DNA of 64,000 bases from Eledone cirrhosa (GCA_964016885.1 OZ024751.1:9858001-9922000); one strand, 5' to 3'. Positions 22,901 to 37,900 are shown, counted from the first letter of the stretch. The notes: generated by a model from the letters alone, not told the origin. Translations and numbers: made by a program.

Positions 22901-25900
22901 GTATTGGTGTTACTGTTGTTGGTGTTGGTGGTGTTACTGTTGTTGGTGTTGTTGGTGTTACTGTTGTTGGTATTGGTGTTACTGTTGTTGGTGTTGTTGG
23001 TGTTACTGTTGTTGGTGTTGTTGGTGTTACTGTTGTTGGTGTTGTTGGTGTTACTGTTGTTGGTGTTGTTGGTTTACTGTTGTTGGTGTTGTTGGTGTTA
23101 TTGTTGTTGGTGTTGTTGGTGTTACTGTTGTTGGTGTTATTGGTGTTACTGTTGTTGGTGTTGTTGGTGTTACTGTTGTTGGTGTTGTTAGTGTTACTGT
23201 TGTTGGTGTTATTAGTGTTACTGTTGTTGTTGTTGTTGTTGGTGTTGTTGGTGTTACTGTTGTTGGTGTTGTTGGTGTTACTGTTGTTGGTTTTGTTGGT
23301 GTTACTGTTGTTGGTGTTGTTGGTGTTACTGCTGTTGGTGTTGTTGGTGTTACTGTTGGTGTTGTTGGTGTTGTTGGTGTTACTGTTGTTGGTGTTGTTG
23401 GTGTTACTGTTGTTGGTGTTGTTGGTGTTACTGTTCTTGGTGTTGTTGGTGTTACTGTTGCTGGTGTTGTTGCTGTTACTGTTGTTGGTGTTGTTGGTGT
23501 TACTGTTGTTGGTGTTGTTGGTGTTACTGTTGTTGGGGTTGTTGGTGTTACTGTTGTTGGTGTTGTTAGTGTTACTGTTGTTGGTGTTGTTGGTGTTACT
23601 GTTGTTGGTGTTATTGGTGTTACTGTTGTTGGTGTTGGTGTTACTGTTGTTGGTGTTGTTGGTGTTACTGTTGTTGGTGTTGTTGGTGTTACTGTTGTTG
23701 GTGTTGTTGGTGTTACTGTTGTTGGTGTTGGTGTTGCTGTTGTTGGTGTTGGTGTTACTGTTGTTGGTATTGGTGTTACTGTTGTTGGTGTTGTTGGTGT
23801 TATTGTTGTTGGTGTTGTTGGTGTTACTGTTGTTGGTGTTGTTGGTGTTACTGTTGTTGGTGTTGGTGTTACTGTTGTTGGTATTGGTGTTACTGTTGTT
23901 GGTGTTGTTGGTGTTACTGTTGTTGGTGTTGTTGGTGTTACTGTTATTGGTGTTGTTGGTTTACTGTTGTGGGTGTTGTTGGTGTTACAGCTGTTGGTGT
24001 TGGTGTGGCTGTTGTTGGTGTTGATGTTACTGTTGTTGGTATTGGTGTTACTGTTGTTGTTGTTGGTGTTACTGTTGTTGGTGTTGTTGGTGTTACTGTT
24101 GTTCGTGGTGGTGTTTCTATTGTTGGTGTTGGTGTTACTGTTGTTGTTGTTGTTGGTGTTACTGTTTTTGGTGTTGGTGTTACTGTTGTTGGTGTTGGTG
24201 TTACTGTTGTTGGTATTGGTGTTACTGTTGTTGGTGTTGTTGGTGTTACTGTTGTTTGTTTGTTGGTGTTACTGTTGTTGGTGTTGGTGTTGCTGTTGTT
24301 GATGTTGGTGTTACTGTTGTTGGTGTTGTTGGTGTTACTGTTGTTGGTGTTGTTGGTTTACTGTTGTTGGTGTTGTTGGTGTTACTGTTGTTGGTGTTGT
24401 TGGTGTTACTGTTGTTGGTGTTGGTGTTGCTGTTGTTGGTGTTGGTGTTACTTTTGTTGGTGTTGGTGTTGCGGTTGTTGGTGTTGTTGGTGTTACTGTT
24501 GTTAGTGTTGTTGGTGTTACTGTTGCTGGTGTTGTTGGTGTTACTGTTGTTGGTGTTGGTGTTGCTGTTGTTGGTGTTGTTGGTGTTACTGTTGCTGGTG
24601 TTGTTCGTGTTACTGTTGTTGGTGTTGGTGTTGTTGTTGTTAGTTGTTGGTGTTACTGTTGTTGGTGTTGTTGGTGTTACTGTTGTTGGTGTTACTGTTG
24701 TTGGTGTTGTTGGTGTTACTGTTGTTGGTGTTGTTGGTGTTGTTGGTGTTGCTGTTGTTGGTGTTGGTGTTACTGTTGTTGATGTTGTTGGTGTTACTGT
24801 TGTTGGTGTTGGTGTTACTGTTGTTGGTGTTGGTGTTACTGTTGTTGGTGTTGTTGGTGTTACTGTTGTTGGTGTTATTGTTGTTGGTGTTGTTGGTGTT
24901 ACTGTTGTTGGTGTTGTTGGTGTTGCTGTTGTTGGTGTTGGTGTTACTGTTGTTGGTGTTGTTGGTGTTGCTGTTGTTGGTGTTGGTGTTACTGTTGTTG
25001 GTGTTGGTGTTGCTGTTGTTGGTGTTGGTGTTACTGTTGTTGGTGTTGTTGGTGTTACTGTTGTAGGTGTTGTTGGTGTTACTGTTGTTGCTGTTGGTGT
25101 TGCTGTTGTTGGTGTTGGTGTTACTGTTGTTGGTGTTGTTGGTGTTACTGTTGTTGGTGTTGGTGTTGCTGTTGTTGGTGTTGGTGTTACTGTTGTTGGT
25201 GTTGTTGGTGTTACTGTTGTTGGTGTTGTTGGTGTTACTGTTGTTGGTGTTGGTGTTGCTGTTGTTGGTGTTGTTGGTGTTACTTTTGTTGGTGTTGGTG
25301 TTACTCTTGTTGGTGTTGTTGGTGTTACTGTTGTTGGTGTTGGTGTTACTGTTGTTGGTATTGTTGGTGTTACTGTTGTTGGTGTTGTTGGTGTTACTGT
25401 TGTTGTTGTTGGTGGTGTTACTGTTGTTGGTGTTGGTGTTACTGTTGTTGGTGTTGTTGGTGTTACTGTTGTTGTTGTTGTTGGTGTTACTGTTGTTGGT
25501 GTTGGTGTTACTGTTGTTGGTGTTGTTGGTGTTACTGTTGTTGTTGTTGGTGGTGTTACTGTTGTTGGTGTTGGTGTTACTGTTGTTGGTATTGGTGTTA
25601 CTGTTGTTGTTGTTGTTGGTGTTACTGTTGTTGGTGTTGGTGTTACTGTTGTTGGTGTTGGTGTTACTGTTGTTGGTGTTGTTGGTGTTACTGTTGTTGG
25701 TGTTGTTGGTGTTACTGTTGTTGGTGTTGTTGGTGTTACTGTTGTTGGTGTTGTTGGTGTTACTGTTGTTGGTGTTGTTGGTGTTACTGTTGTTGTTGTT
25801 GTTGTTGGTGTTAGTGTTGTTGGTGTTGGTGTTACTGTTGTTGGTGTTGTTGGTGTTACTGTTGTTGTTGTTGGTGTTACTGTTGTTGGTGTTGGTGTTG

Positions 25901-28900
25901 CTCTTGTTGGTGTTGTTGGTGTTACTGTTGTTGTTGTTGTTGGTGTTACTGTTGTTGGTGTTGGTGTTGCTATTGTTGGTGTTGTTGGTGTTACTGTTGT
26001 TGTTGGTGGTGGTGTTACGGTTGTTCGTGTTGGTGTTACTGTTGTTGGTATTGGTGTTACTGTTGTTGGTGTTGGTGTTACTGTTGTTGGTGTTGGTGTT
26101 ACTGTTGTTGGTGTTGGTGTTACTGTTGTTGGTGTTGTTGGTGTTACTGTTGTTGGTGTTGTTGGTGTTACTGTTGTTGGTGTTGGTGTTGCTGTTGTTG
26201 GTGTTGGTGTTACTGTTGCTGGTATTGTTGCTGTTACTGTTGTTGGTGTTGTTGTTACTGTTGTTGGTGTTGTTGGTGTTAATGTTGTTGGTATTGGTGT
26301 TACTGTTGTTGGTGTTGTTGGTGTTACTGTTGTTGGTGTTGGTGTTACTGTTGTTGGTGTTGTTGGTGTTACTGTTGTTGGTATTGGTGTTACTGTTGTT
26401 GGTGGTGTTGGTGTTACTGTTGTTGGTGTTATTGGTGTTAAAGTTGTTGGTGCTGTTGGTGTTACTGTTGGTGTTTTTGGTGTTACTGTTGTTGGTGTTA
26501 TTGGTGTTACTGTTGTTGGTGTTGTTGGTGTTACTGTTGTTGGTGTTGTTGAGGTTACTGTTGTTGGTGTTGTTGGTGTTACTGTTGTTGGTGTTGTTGG
26601 TGTTGTTACTGTTGTTGGTGTTGTTGGTGTTACTGTTGTTGGTGTTGTTGGTGTTACTGTTGTTGGTGTTGGTGTTGCTGTTGTTGGTGTTGGTGTTACA
26701 GTTGTTGTTGTTGTTGGTGTTGCTGTTGTTGGTGTTGTTGCTGTTACTGTTGTTGGTATTGGTGTTACTGTTGTTGGTGTTGGTGGTGTTACTGTTGTTG
26801 GTGTTGTTGGTGTTACTGTTGTTGGTATTGGTGTTACTGTTGTTGGTGTTGTTGGTGTTACTGTTGTTGGTGTTGTTGGTGTTACTGTTGTTGGTGTTGT
26901 TGGTGTTACTGTTGTTGGTGTTACTGTTGTTGGTGTTGTTGGTTTACTGTTGTTGGTGTTGTTGGTGTTATTGTTGTTGGTGTTGTTGGTGTTACTGTTG
27001 TTGGTGTTATTGGTGTTACTGTTGTTGGTGTTGTTGGTGTTACTGTTGTTGGTGTTGTTAGTGTTACTGTTGTTGGTGTTATTAGTGTTACTGTTGTTGT
27101 TGTTGTTGTTGGTGTTGTTGGTGTTACTGTTGTTGGTGTTGTTGGTGTTACTGTTGTTGGTTTTGTTGGTGTTACTGTTGTTGGTGTTGTTGGTGTTACT
27201 GCTGTTGGTGTTGTTGGTGTTACTGTTGGTGTTGTTGGTGTTGTTGGTGTTACTGTTGTTGGTGTTGTTGGTGTTACTGTTGTTGGTGTTGTTGGTGTTA
27301 CTGTTCTTGGTGTTGTTGGTGTTACTGTTGCTGGTGTTGTTGCTGTTACTGTTGTTGGTGTTGTTGGTGTTACTGTTGTTGGTGTTGTTGGTGTTACTGT
27401 TGTTGGGGTTGTTGGTGTTACTGTTGTTGGTGTTGTTAGTGTTACTGTTGTTGGTGTTGTTGGTGTTACTGTTGTTGGTGTTATTGGTGTTACTGTTGTT
27501 GGTGTTGTTGGTGTTACTGTTGTTGGTGTTATTGGTGTTACTGTTGTTGGTGTTGGTGTTACTGTTGTTGGTGTTGTTGGTGTTACTGTTGTTGGTGTTG
27601 TTGGTGTTACTGTTGTTGGTGTTGTTGGTGTTACTGTTGTTGGTGTTGGTGTTGCTGTTGTTGGTGTTGGTGTTACTGTTGTTGGTATTGGTGTTACTGT
27701 TGTTGGTGTTGTTGGTGTTATTGTTGTTGGTGTTGTTGGTGTTACTGTTGTTGGTGATGTTGGTGTTACTGTTGTTGGTGTTGGTGTTACTGTTGTTGGT
27801 ATTGGTGTTACTGTTGTTGGTGTTGTTGGTGTTACTGTTGTTGGTGTTGTTGGTGTTACTGTTATTGGTGTTGTTGGTTTACTGTTGTGGGTGTTGTTGG
27901 TGTTACAGCTGTTGGTGTTGGTGTGGCTGTTGTTGGTGTTGATGTTACTGTTGTTGGTATTGGTGTTACTGTTGTTGTTGTTGGTGTTACTGTTGTTGGT
28001 GTTGTTGGTGTTACTGTTGTTGGTGGTGGTGTTGCTATTGTTGGTGTTGGTGTTACTGTTGTTGTTGTTGTTGGTGTTACTGTTTTTGGTGTTGGTGTTA
28101 CTGTTGTTGGTGTTGGTGTTACTGTTGTTGGTATTGGTGTTACTGTTGTTGGTGTTGTTGGTGTTACTGTTGTTTGTTTGTTGGTGTTACTGTTGTTGGT
28201 GTTGGTGTTGCTGTTGTTGATGTTGGTGTTACTGTTGTTGGTGTTGTTGGTGTTACTGTTGTTGGTGTTGTTGGTTTACTGTTGTTGGTGTTGTTGGTGT
28301 TACTGTTGTTGGTGTTGTTGGTGTTACTGTTGTTGGTGTTGGTGTTGCTGTTGTTGGTGTTGGTGTTACTTTTGTTGGTGTTGGTGTTGCGGTTGTTGGT
28401 GTTGTTGGTGTTACTGTTGTTAGTGTTGTTGGTGTTACTGTTGCTGGTGTTGTTGGTGTTACTGTTGTTGGTGTTGGTGTTGCTGTTGTTGGTGTTGTTG
28501 GTGTTACTGTTGCTGGTGTTGTTCGTGTTACTGTTGTTGGTGTTGGTGTTGCTGTTGTTAGTTGTTGGTGTTACTGTTGTTGGTGTTGTTGGTGTTACTG
28601 TTGTTGGTGTTACTGTTGTTGGTGTTGTTGGTGTTACTGTTGTTGGTGTTGTTGGTGTTGTTGGTGTTGCTGTTGTTGGTGTTGGTGTTACTGTTGTTTG
28701 TGTTGTTGGTGTTACTGTTGTTGGTGTTGGTGTTACTGTTGTTGGTGTTGGTGTTACTGTTGTTGGTGTTGTGGGTGTTACTGTTGTTGGTGTTATTGTT
28801 GTTGGTGTTGTTGGTGTTACTGTTGTTGGTGTTGTTGGTGTTGCTGTTGTTGGTGTTGGTGTTACTGTTGTTGGTGTTGTTGGTGTTGCTGTTGTTGGTG

Positions 28901-31900
28901 TTGGTGTTACTGTTGTTGGTGTTGGTGTTGCTGTTGTTGGTGTTGGTGTTACTGTTGTTGGTGTTGTTGGTGTTACTGTTGTAGGTGTTGTTGGTGTTAC
29001 TGTTGTTGCTGTTGGTGTTGCTGTTGTTGGTGTTGGTGTTACTGTTGTTGGTGTTGTTGGTGTTACTGTTGTTGGTGTTGGTGTTGCTGTTGTTGGTGTT
29101 GGTGTTACTGTTGTTGGTGTTGTTGGTGTTACTGTTGTTGGTGTTGGTGTTACTGTTGTTGGTATTGTTGGTGTTACTGTTGTTGGTGTTGTTGGTGTTA
29201 CTGTTGTTGTTGTTGGTGGTGTTACTGTTGTTGGTGTTGGTGTTACTGTTGTTGGTGTTGTTGGTGTTACTGTTGTTGTTGTTGTTGGTGTTACTGTTGT
29301 TGGTGTTGGTGTTACTGTTGTTGGTGTTGGTGTTACTGTTGTTGGTGTTGTTGGTGTTACTGTTGTTGGTGTTGTTGGTGTTACTGTTGTTGGTGTTGTT
29401 GGTGTTACTGTTGTTGGTGTTGTTGGTGTTACTGTTGTTGGTGTTGTTGGTGTTACTGTTGTTGGTGTTGTTGGTGTTACTGTTGTTGTTGTTGTTGTTG
29501 GTGTTAGTGTTGTTGGTGTTGGTGTTACTGTTGTTGGTGTTGTTGGTGTTACTGTTGTTGTTGTTGGTGTTACTGTTGTTGGTGTTGGTGTTGCTCTTGT
29601 TGGTGTTGTTGGTGTTACTGTTGTTGTTGTTGTTGGTGTTACTGTTGTTGGTGTTGGTGTTGCTGTTGTTGGTGTTGTTGGTGTTACTGTTGTTGTTGGT
29701 GGTGGTGTTACGGTTGTTCGTGTTGGTGTTACTGTTGTTGGTATTGGTGTTACTGTTGTTGGTGTTGGTGTTACTGTTGTTGGTGTTGGTGTTACTGTTG
29801 TTGGTGTTGGTGTTACTGTTGTTGGTGTTGTTGGTGTTACTGTTGTTGGTGTTGTTGGTGTTACTGTTGTTGGTGTTGGTGTTGCTGTTGTTGGTGTTGG
29901 TGTTACTGTTGCTGGTATTGTTGCTGTTACTGTTGTTGGTGTTGGTGTTACTGTTGTTGGTGTTGTTGGTGTTAATGTTGTTGGTATTGGTGTTACTGTT
30001 GTTGGTGTTGTTGGTGTTACTGTTGTTGGTGTTGGTGTTACTGTTGTTGGTGTTGTTGGTGTTACTGTTGTTGGTATTGGTGTTACTGTTGTTGGTGGTG
30101 TTGGTGTTACTGTTGTTGTCGTTGTTGGTGTTACTGTTGTTGGTATTGGTGTTACTGTTGTTGGTGTTGTTGGTGTTACTGTTGTTGGTGTTATTGGTGT
30201 TACTGTTGTTGGTGTTGGTGTTGCTGTTGTTGGTGTTACTGTTGTTGGTGTTGTTGGTGTTAGTGTTGTTGGTGTTGTTGGTGTTACTGTTATTGGTGTT
30301 GTTGGTTTACTGTTGTGGGTGTTGTTGGTGTTACTGTTGTTGGTGTTGGTGTGGCTGTTGTTGGTGTTGATGTTACTGTTGTTGGTATTGGTGTTACTGT
30401 TGTTGTTGTTGTTGGTGTTACTGTTGTAGGTGTTGTTGGTGTTACTGTTGTTGGTGGTGGTGTTGCTGTTGTTGGTGTTGGTGTTACTGTTGTTGTTGTT
30501 GTTGGTGTTACTGTTTTTGGTGTTGGTGTTACTGTTGTTGGTGTTGGTGTTACTGTTGTTGGTATTGGTGTTACTGTTGTTGGTGTTGTTGGTGTTACTG
30601 TTGTTTGTTTGTTGGTGTTACTGTTGTTGGTGTTGGTGTTGCTGTTGTTGATGTTGGTGTTACTGTTGTTGGTGTTGTTGGTGTTACTGTTGTTGGTGTT
30701 GTTGGTTTACTGTTGTTGGTGTTGTTGGTGTTACTGTTGTTGGTGTTGTTGGTGTTACTGTTGTTGGTGTTGGTGTTGCTGTTGTTGGTGTTGGTGTTAC
30801 TTTTGTTGGTGTTGGTGTTGCTGTTGTTGGTGTTGTTGGTGTTACTGTTGTTAGTGTTGTTGGTGTTACTGTTGCTGGTGTTGTTGGTGTTACTGTTGTT
30901 GGTGTTGGTGTTGCTGTTGTTGGTGTTGTTGGTGTTACTGTTGCTGGTGTTGTTGGTGTTACTGTTGTTGGTGTTGGTGTTGCTGTTGTTAGTTGTTGGT
31001 GTTACTGTTGTTGGTGTTGTTGGTGTTACTGTTGTTGGTGTTACTGTTGTTGGTGTTGTTGGTGTTACTGTTGTTGGTGTTGTTGGTGTTGTTGGTGTTG
31101 CTGTTGTTGGTGTTGGTGTTACTGTTGTTGGTGTTGTTGGTGTTACTGTTGTTGGTGTTGGTGTTACTGTTGTTGGTGTTGGTGTTACTGTTGTTAGTGT
31201 TGTTGGTGTTACTGTTGTTGGTGTTACTGTTGTTGGTGTTGTTGGTGTTACTGTTGTTGGTGTTGTTGGTGTTGCTGTTGTTGGTGTTGGTGTTACTGTT
31301 GTTGGTGTTGTTGGTGTTGCTGTTGTTGGTGTTGGTGTTACTGTTGTTGGTGTTGGTGTTGCTGTTGTTGGTGTTGGTGTTACTGTTGTTGGTGTTGTTG
31401 GTGTTACTGTTGTTGGTGTTGTTGGTGTTACTGTTGTTGGTGTTGGTGTTGCTGTTGTTGGTGTTGGTGTTTCTGTTGTTGGTGTTGTTGGTGTTAATGT
31501 TGTTGGTGTTGTTGGTGTTACTGTTGCTGGTGTTGTTGGTGTTACTGTTGTTGGTGTTACTGTTGTTGGTGTTACTGTTGTTGCTGTTGTTGGTGTTGGT
31601 GTTGGTGTTACTGTTGTTGGTGTTGTTGGTGTTACTGTTGTTGGTGTTGGTGTTGCTGTTGTTGGTATTGGTGTTACTGTTGTTGGTGTTGTTGGTGTTA
31701 CTGTTGTTGGTGTTGTTGGTGTTACTGTTGTTGGTGTTGGTGTTGCTGTTGTTGGTGTTGTTGGTGTTACTTTTGTTGGTGTTGGTGTTACTGTTGTTGG
31801 TGTTGTTGGTGTTACTGTTGTTGGTGTTGGTGTTACTGTTGTTGGTATTGTTGGTGTTACTGTTGTTGGTGTTGTTGGTGTTACTGTTGTTGTTGTTGGT

Positions 31901-34900
31901 GGTGTTACTGTTGTTGGTGTTGGTGTTACTGTTGTTGGTGTTGTTGGTGTTACTGTTGTCGTTGTTGTTGGTGTTACTGTTGTTGGTGTTGGTGTTTCTG
32001 TTGTTGGTGTTGGTGTTACTGTTGTTGGTGTTGTTGGTGTTACTGTTGTTGGTGTTGTTGGTGTTACTGTTGTTGGTGTTGTTGGTGTTACTGTTGTTGG
32101 TGTTGGTGTTGCTGTTGTTGGTGTTGGTGTTACTGTTGTTGGTGTTGTTGGTGTTACTGTTGTTGGTGTTGTTGGTGTTACTGTTGTTGGTGTTGGTGTT
32201 GCTGTTGTTGGTGTTGTTGGTGTTACTGTTGTTGGTGTTGGTGTTACTGTTGTTGGTGTTGTTGGTGTTACTGTTGTTGGTGTTGGTGTTACTGTTGTTG
32301 GTATTGTTGGTGTTACTGTTGTTGGTGTTGTTGGTGTTACTGTTGTTGTTGTTGGTGGTGTTACTGTTGTTGGTGTTGCTGTTACTGTTGTTGGTGTTGT
32401 TGGTGTTACTGTTGTTGTTGTTGTTGTTGGTGTTACTGTTGTTGGTGTTGGTGTTACTGTTGTTGGTGTTGTTGGTGTTACTGTTGTTGTTGTTGGTGGT
32501 GTTACTGTTGTTGGTGTTGGTGTTACTGTTGTTGGTATTGGTGTTACTGTTGTTGTTGTTGTTGGTGTTACTGTTGTTGGTGTTGGTGTTACTGTTGTTG
32601 GTGTTGGTGTTACTGTTGTTGGTGTTGTTGGTGTTACTGTTGTTGGTGTTGTTGGTGTTACTGTTGTTGGTGTTGTTGGTGTTACTGTTGTTGGTGTTGG
32701 TGTTGCTGTTGTTGGTGTTGTTGGTGTTACTGTTGTTGGTGTTGTTGGTGTTACTGTTGTTGGTGTTGTTGGTGTTACTGTTGTTGGTGTTGTTGGTGTT
32801 ACTGTTGTTGGTGTTGTTGGTGTTACTGTTGTTGTTGTTGGTGTTACTGTTGTTGGTGTTGGTGTTGCTCTTGTTGGTGTTGTTGGTGTTACTGTTGTTG
32901 TTGGTGGTGCTGTTACGGTTGTTGGTGTTGGTGTTGCTGTTGTTGGTGTTGGTGTTACTGTTGTTGGTATTGTTGCTGTTACTGTTGTTGGTGTTGGTGT
33001 TACTGTTGTTGGTGTTGTTGGTGTTACTGTTGTTGGTATTGGTGTTACTGTTGTTGGTGTTGTTGGTGTTGTTACTGTTGTTGGTGTTGTTGGTGTTACT
33101 GTTGTTGGTGTTGTTGGTGTTACTGTTGTTGGTGTTGTTGGTGTTACTGTTGTTGGTGTTGGTGTTGCTGTTGTTGGTGTTGGTGTTACTGTTGTTGTTG
33201 TTGTTGGTGTTGCTGTTGTTGATGTTGTTGGTGTTACTGTTGTTGGTATTAGTGTTACTGTTGTTGGTGTTGGTGGTGTTACTGTTGTTGGTGTTGTTGA
33301 TGTTATTGTTGTTGGTGTTGTTGGTGTTACTGTTGTTGGTGTTATTGGTGTTACTGTTGTTGGTGTTGTTGGTGTTACTCTTGTTGGTGTTGTTAGTGTT
33401 ACTGTTGTTGGTGTTATTAGTGTTACTGTTGTTGTTGTTGTTGGTGTTACTGCTGTTGGTGTTGTTGGTGTTACTGTTGTTGGTGTTGTTGGTGTTACTG
33501 TTGTTGGTGTTGTTGGTGTTACTGTTGCTGGTGTTGTTGCTGTTACTGTTGTTGTTGTTGTTGGTGTTACTGTTGTTGGTGTTGTTGGTGTTACTGTTGT
33601 TGGTGTTGTTGGTGTTACTGTTGTTGGTGTTGTTAGTGTTACTGTTGTTGGTGTTGTTGGTGTTACTGTTGTTGGTGTTATTGGTGTTACTGTTGTTGGT
33701 GTTGTTGGTGTTACTGTTGTTGGTGTTATTGGTGTTACTGTTGTTGGTGTTGGTGTTACTGTTGTTGGTGTTGTTAGTGTTACTGTTGTTGGTGTTGTTG
33801 GTGTTACTGTTGTTGGTGTTATTGGTGTTACTGTTGCTGGTGTTGTTGGTGTTACTGTTGTTGGTGTTATTGGTGTTACTGTTGTTGGTGTTGGTGTTAC
33901 TGTTGTTGGTGTTGTTGGTGTTACTGTTGTTGGTGTTGTTGGTGTTACTGTTGTTGGTGTTGTTGGTGTTACTGTTGTTGGTGTTGGTGTTGCTGTTGTT
34001 GGTGTTGGTGTTACTGTTGTTGGTATTGGTGTTACTGTTGTTGGTGTTGTTGGTGTTACTGTTGTTGGTGTTGTTGGTGTTACTGTTGTTGGTGTTGTTG
34101 GTGTTACTGTTGTTGGTGTTGGTGTTACTGTTGTTGGTATTGGTGTTACTGTTGTTGGTGTTGTTGGTGTTACTGTTGTTGGTGTTGTTGGTGTTACTGT
34201 TATTGGTGTTGTTGGTTTACTGTTGTGGGTGTTGTTGGTGTTACTGTTGTTGGTGTTGGTGTGGCTGTTGTTGGTGTTGATGTTACTGTTGTTGGTATTG
34301 GTGTTACTGTTGTTGTTGTTGTTGGTGTTACTGTTGTTGGTGTTGTTGGTGTTAATGTTGTTGGTGGTGGTGTTGCTGTTGTTGGTGTTGGTGTTACTGT
34401 TGTTGTTGTTGTTGGTGTTACTGTTTTTGGTGTTGGTGTTACTGTTGTTGGTGTTGGTGTTACTGTTGTTGGTATTGGTGTTACTGTTGTTGGTGTTGTT
34501 GGTGTTACTGTTGTTTGTTTGTTGGTGTTACTGTTGTTGGTGTTGGTGTTGCTGTTGTTGATGTTGGTGTTACTGTTGTTGGTGTTGTTGGTGTTACTGT
34601 TGTTGGTGTTGTTGGTTTACTGTTGTTGGTGTTGTTGGTGTTAGTGTTGTTGGTGTTGTTGGTGTTACTGTTGTTGGTGTTGGTGTTGCTGTTGTTGGTG
34701 TTGGTGTTACTTTTGTTGGTGTTGGTGTTGCTGTTGTTTTTGTTGTTGGTGTTACTGTTGTTAGTGTTGTTGGTGTTACTGTTGCTGGTGTTGTTGGTGT
34801 TACTGTTGTTGGTGTTGGTGTTGCTGTTGTTGGTGTTGTTGGTGTTACTGTTGCTGGTGTTGTTGGTGTTACTGTTGTTGGTGTTGGTGTTGCTGTTGTT

Positions 34901-37900
34901 AGTTGTTGGTGTTACTGTTGTTGGTGTTGTTGGTGTTACTGTTGTTGGTGTTACTGTTGTTGGTGTTGTTGGTGTTACTGTTGTTGGTGTTGTTGGTGTT
35001 GTTGGTGTTGCTGTTGTTGGTGTTGGTGTTACTGTTGTTGGTGTTGTTGGTGTTACTGTTGTTGGTGTTGGTGTTACTGTTGTTGGTGCTGGTGTTACTG
35101 TTGTTGGTGTTGTTGGTGTTACTGTTGTTGGTGTTACTGTTGTTGGTGTTGTTGGTGTTACTGTTCTTGGTGTTGTTGGTGTTGCTGTTGTTGGTGTTGG
35201 TGTTACTGTTGTTGGTGTTGTTGGTGTTGCTGTTGTTGGTGTTGGTGTTACTGTTGTTGGTGTTGGTGTTGCTGTTGTTGGCGTTACTGTTGTTGGTGTT
35301 ACTGTTGTTGGTGTTGTTGGTGTTACTGTTGTTGGTGTTGGTGTTGCTGTTGTTGGTGTTGGTGTTACTGTTGTTGGTGTTGTTGGTGTTACTGTTGTTG
35401 GTGTTGTTGGTGTTACTGTTGCTGGTGTTGTTGGTGTTACTGTTGTTGGTGTTACTGTTGTTGGTGTTACTGTTGTTGCTGTTGTTGGTGTTGGTGTTAC
35501 TGTTGTTGGTGTTGTTTGGTGTTACTGTTGTTGGTGTTGGTGTTGTTGTTGTTGGTATTGGTGTTACTGTTGTTGGTGTTGTTGGTTTTACTGTTGTTGG
35601 TGTTGTTGGTGTTACTGTTGTTGGTGTTGGTGTTGCTGTTGTTAGTGTTGTTGGTGTTACTTTTGTTGGTGTTGGTGTTACTGTTGTTGGTGTTGTTGGT
35701 GTTACTGTTGTTGGTGTTGGTGTTACTGTTGTTGGTATTGTTGGTGTTACTGTTGTTGGTGTTGTTGGTGTTACTGTTGTTGTTGTTGGTGGTGTTACTG
35801 TTGTTGGTGTTGGTGTTACTGTTGTTGGTGTTGTTGGTGTTACTGTTGTTGTTGTTGTTGGTGTTACTGTTGTTGGTGTTGGTGTTACTGTTGTTGGTGT
35901 TGTTGGTGTTACTGTTGTTGTTGTTGGTGGTGTTACTGTTGTTGGTGTTGGTGTTACTGTTGTTGGTATTGGTGTTACTGTTGTTGTTGATTTTGGTGTT
36001 ACTGTTGTTGGTGTTTGTGTTACTGTTGTTGGTGTTGGTGTTACTGTTGTTGGTGTTGTTGGTGTTACTGTTGTTGGTGTTGTTGGTGTTACTGTTGTTG
36101 GTGTTGCTGGTGTTACTGTTGTTGGTGTTGGTGTTCCTGTTGTTGGTGTTGGTGTTACTGTTGTTGGTGTTGTTGGTGTTACTGTTGTTGGTGTTGTTGG
36201 TGTTACTGTTGTTGGTGTTGTTGGTGTTACTGTTGTTGGTGTTGTTGGTGTTACTGTTGTTGTTGTTGTTGTTGTTGGTTTAGTGTTGTTGGTGTTGGTG
36301 TTACTGTTGTTGGTGTTGTTGGTGTTACTGTTGTTGTTGTTGTTGTTGGTGTTACTGTTGTTGATGTTGGTGTTGCTGTTGTTGGTGTTGTTGGTGTTAC
36401 TGTTGTTGTTGGTGGTGGTGTTACGGTTGTTCGTGTTGGTGTTACTGTTGTTGGTATTGGTGTTACTGTTGTTGGTGTTGTTGGTGTTACTGTTGTTGGT
36501 GTTATTGGTGTTACTGTTGTTGGTGCTGTTGGTGTTACTGGTGGTGTTGTTGGTGTTACTGTTGTTGGTGTTATTGGTGTTACTGTTGTTGGTGTTGTTG
36601 GTATTACTGTTGTTGGTGTTGTTGGTGTTACTGTTGTTGGTGTTGTTGCTGTTACTGTTGTTGGTGTTGTTGGTGTTACTGTTGTTGGTGTTGTTGGTGT
36701 TGTTACTGTTGTTGGTGTTGTTGGTGTTACTGTTGTTGGTGTTGTTGGTGTTACTGTTGTTGGTGTTGTTGGTGTTACTGTTGTTGGTGTTATTGGTGTT
36801 ACTGTTGTTGGTGTTGTTGGTGTTACTGTTGTTGGTGTCGTTGATGTTACTGTTGTTGGTGTTGTTGGTGTTACTGTTGTTGGTGTTGTTGCTGTTACTG
36901 TTGTTAGTGTTGTTGGTGTTACTGTTGTTGGTGTTACTGTTGTTGGTGTTGTTGGTGTTGTTACTGTTGTTGGTGTTGTTGTTGTTACTGTTGTTAGTAT
37001 TGTTGGTGTTACTGTTGGTGTTGTTGGTGTTACTGTTGTTGGTGTTATTGGTGTTAAAGTTGTTGGTGCTGTTGGTGTTACTGTTGGTGTTTTTGGTGTT
37101 ACTGTTGTTGGTGTTATTGGTGTTACTGTTGTTGGTGTTGGTGTTGCTGTTGTTGGTGTTGGTGTTACTGTTGTTGGTATTGGTGTTACTGTTGTTGGTG
37201 TTGTTGGTGTTACTGTTGTTGGTGTTGTTGGTGTTACTGTTGTTGGTGTTGTTGGTGTTACTGTTGTTGGTGTTGGTGTTACTGTTGTTGGTATTGGTGT
37301 TACTGTTGTTGGTGTTGTTGGTGTTACTGTTGTTGGTGTTGTTGGTGTTACTGTTATTGGTGTTGTTGGTTTACTGTTGTGGGTGTTGTTGGTGTTACTG
37401 TTGTTGGTGTTGGTGTGGCTGTTGTTGGTGTTGATGTTACTGTTGTTGGTATTGGTGTTACTGTTGTTGTTGTTGTTGGTGTTACTGTTGTTGGTGTTGT
37501 TGGTGTTAATGTTGTTGGTGGTGGTGTTGCTGTTGTTGGTGTTGGTGTTACTGTTGTTGTTGTTGTTGGTGTTACTGTTTTTGGTGTTGGTGTTACTGTT
37601 GTTGGTGTTGGTGTTACTGTTGTTGGTATTGGTGTTACTGTTGTTGGTGTTGTTGGTGTTACTGTTGTTTGTTTGTTGGTGTTACTGTTGTTGGTGTTGG
37701 TGTTGCTGTTGTTGATGTTGGTGTTACTGTTGTTGGTGTTGTTGGTGTTACTGTTGTTGGTGTTGTTGGTTTACTGTTGTTGGTGTTGTTGGTGTTAGTG
37801 TTGTTGGTGTTGTTGGTGTTACTGTTGTTGGTGTTGGTGTTGCTGTTGTTGGTGTTGGTGTTACTTTTGTTGGTGTTGGTGTTGCTGTTGTTTTTGTTGT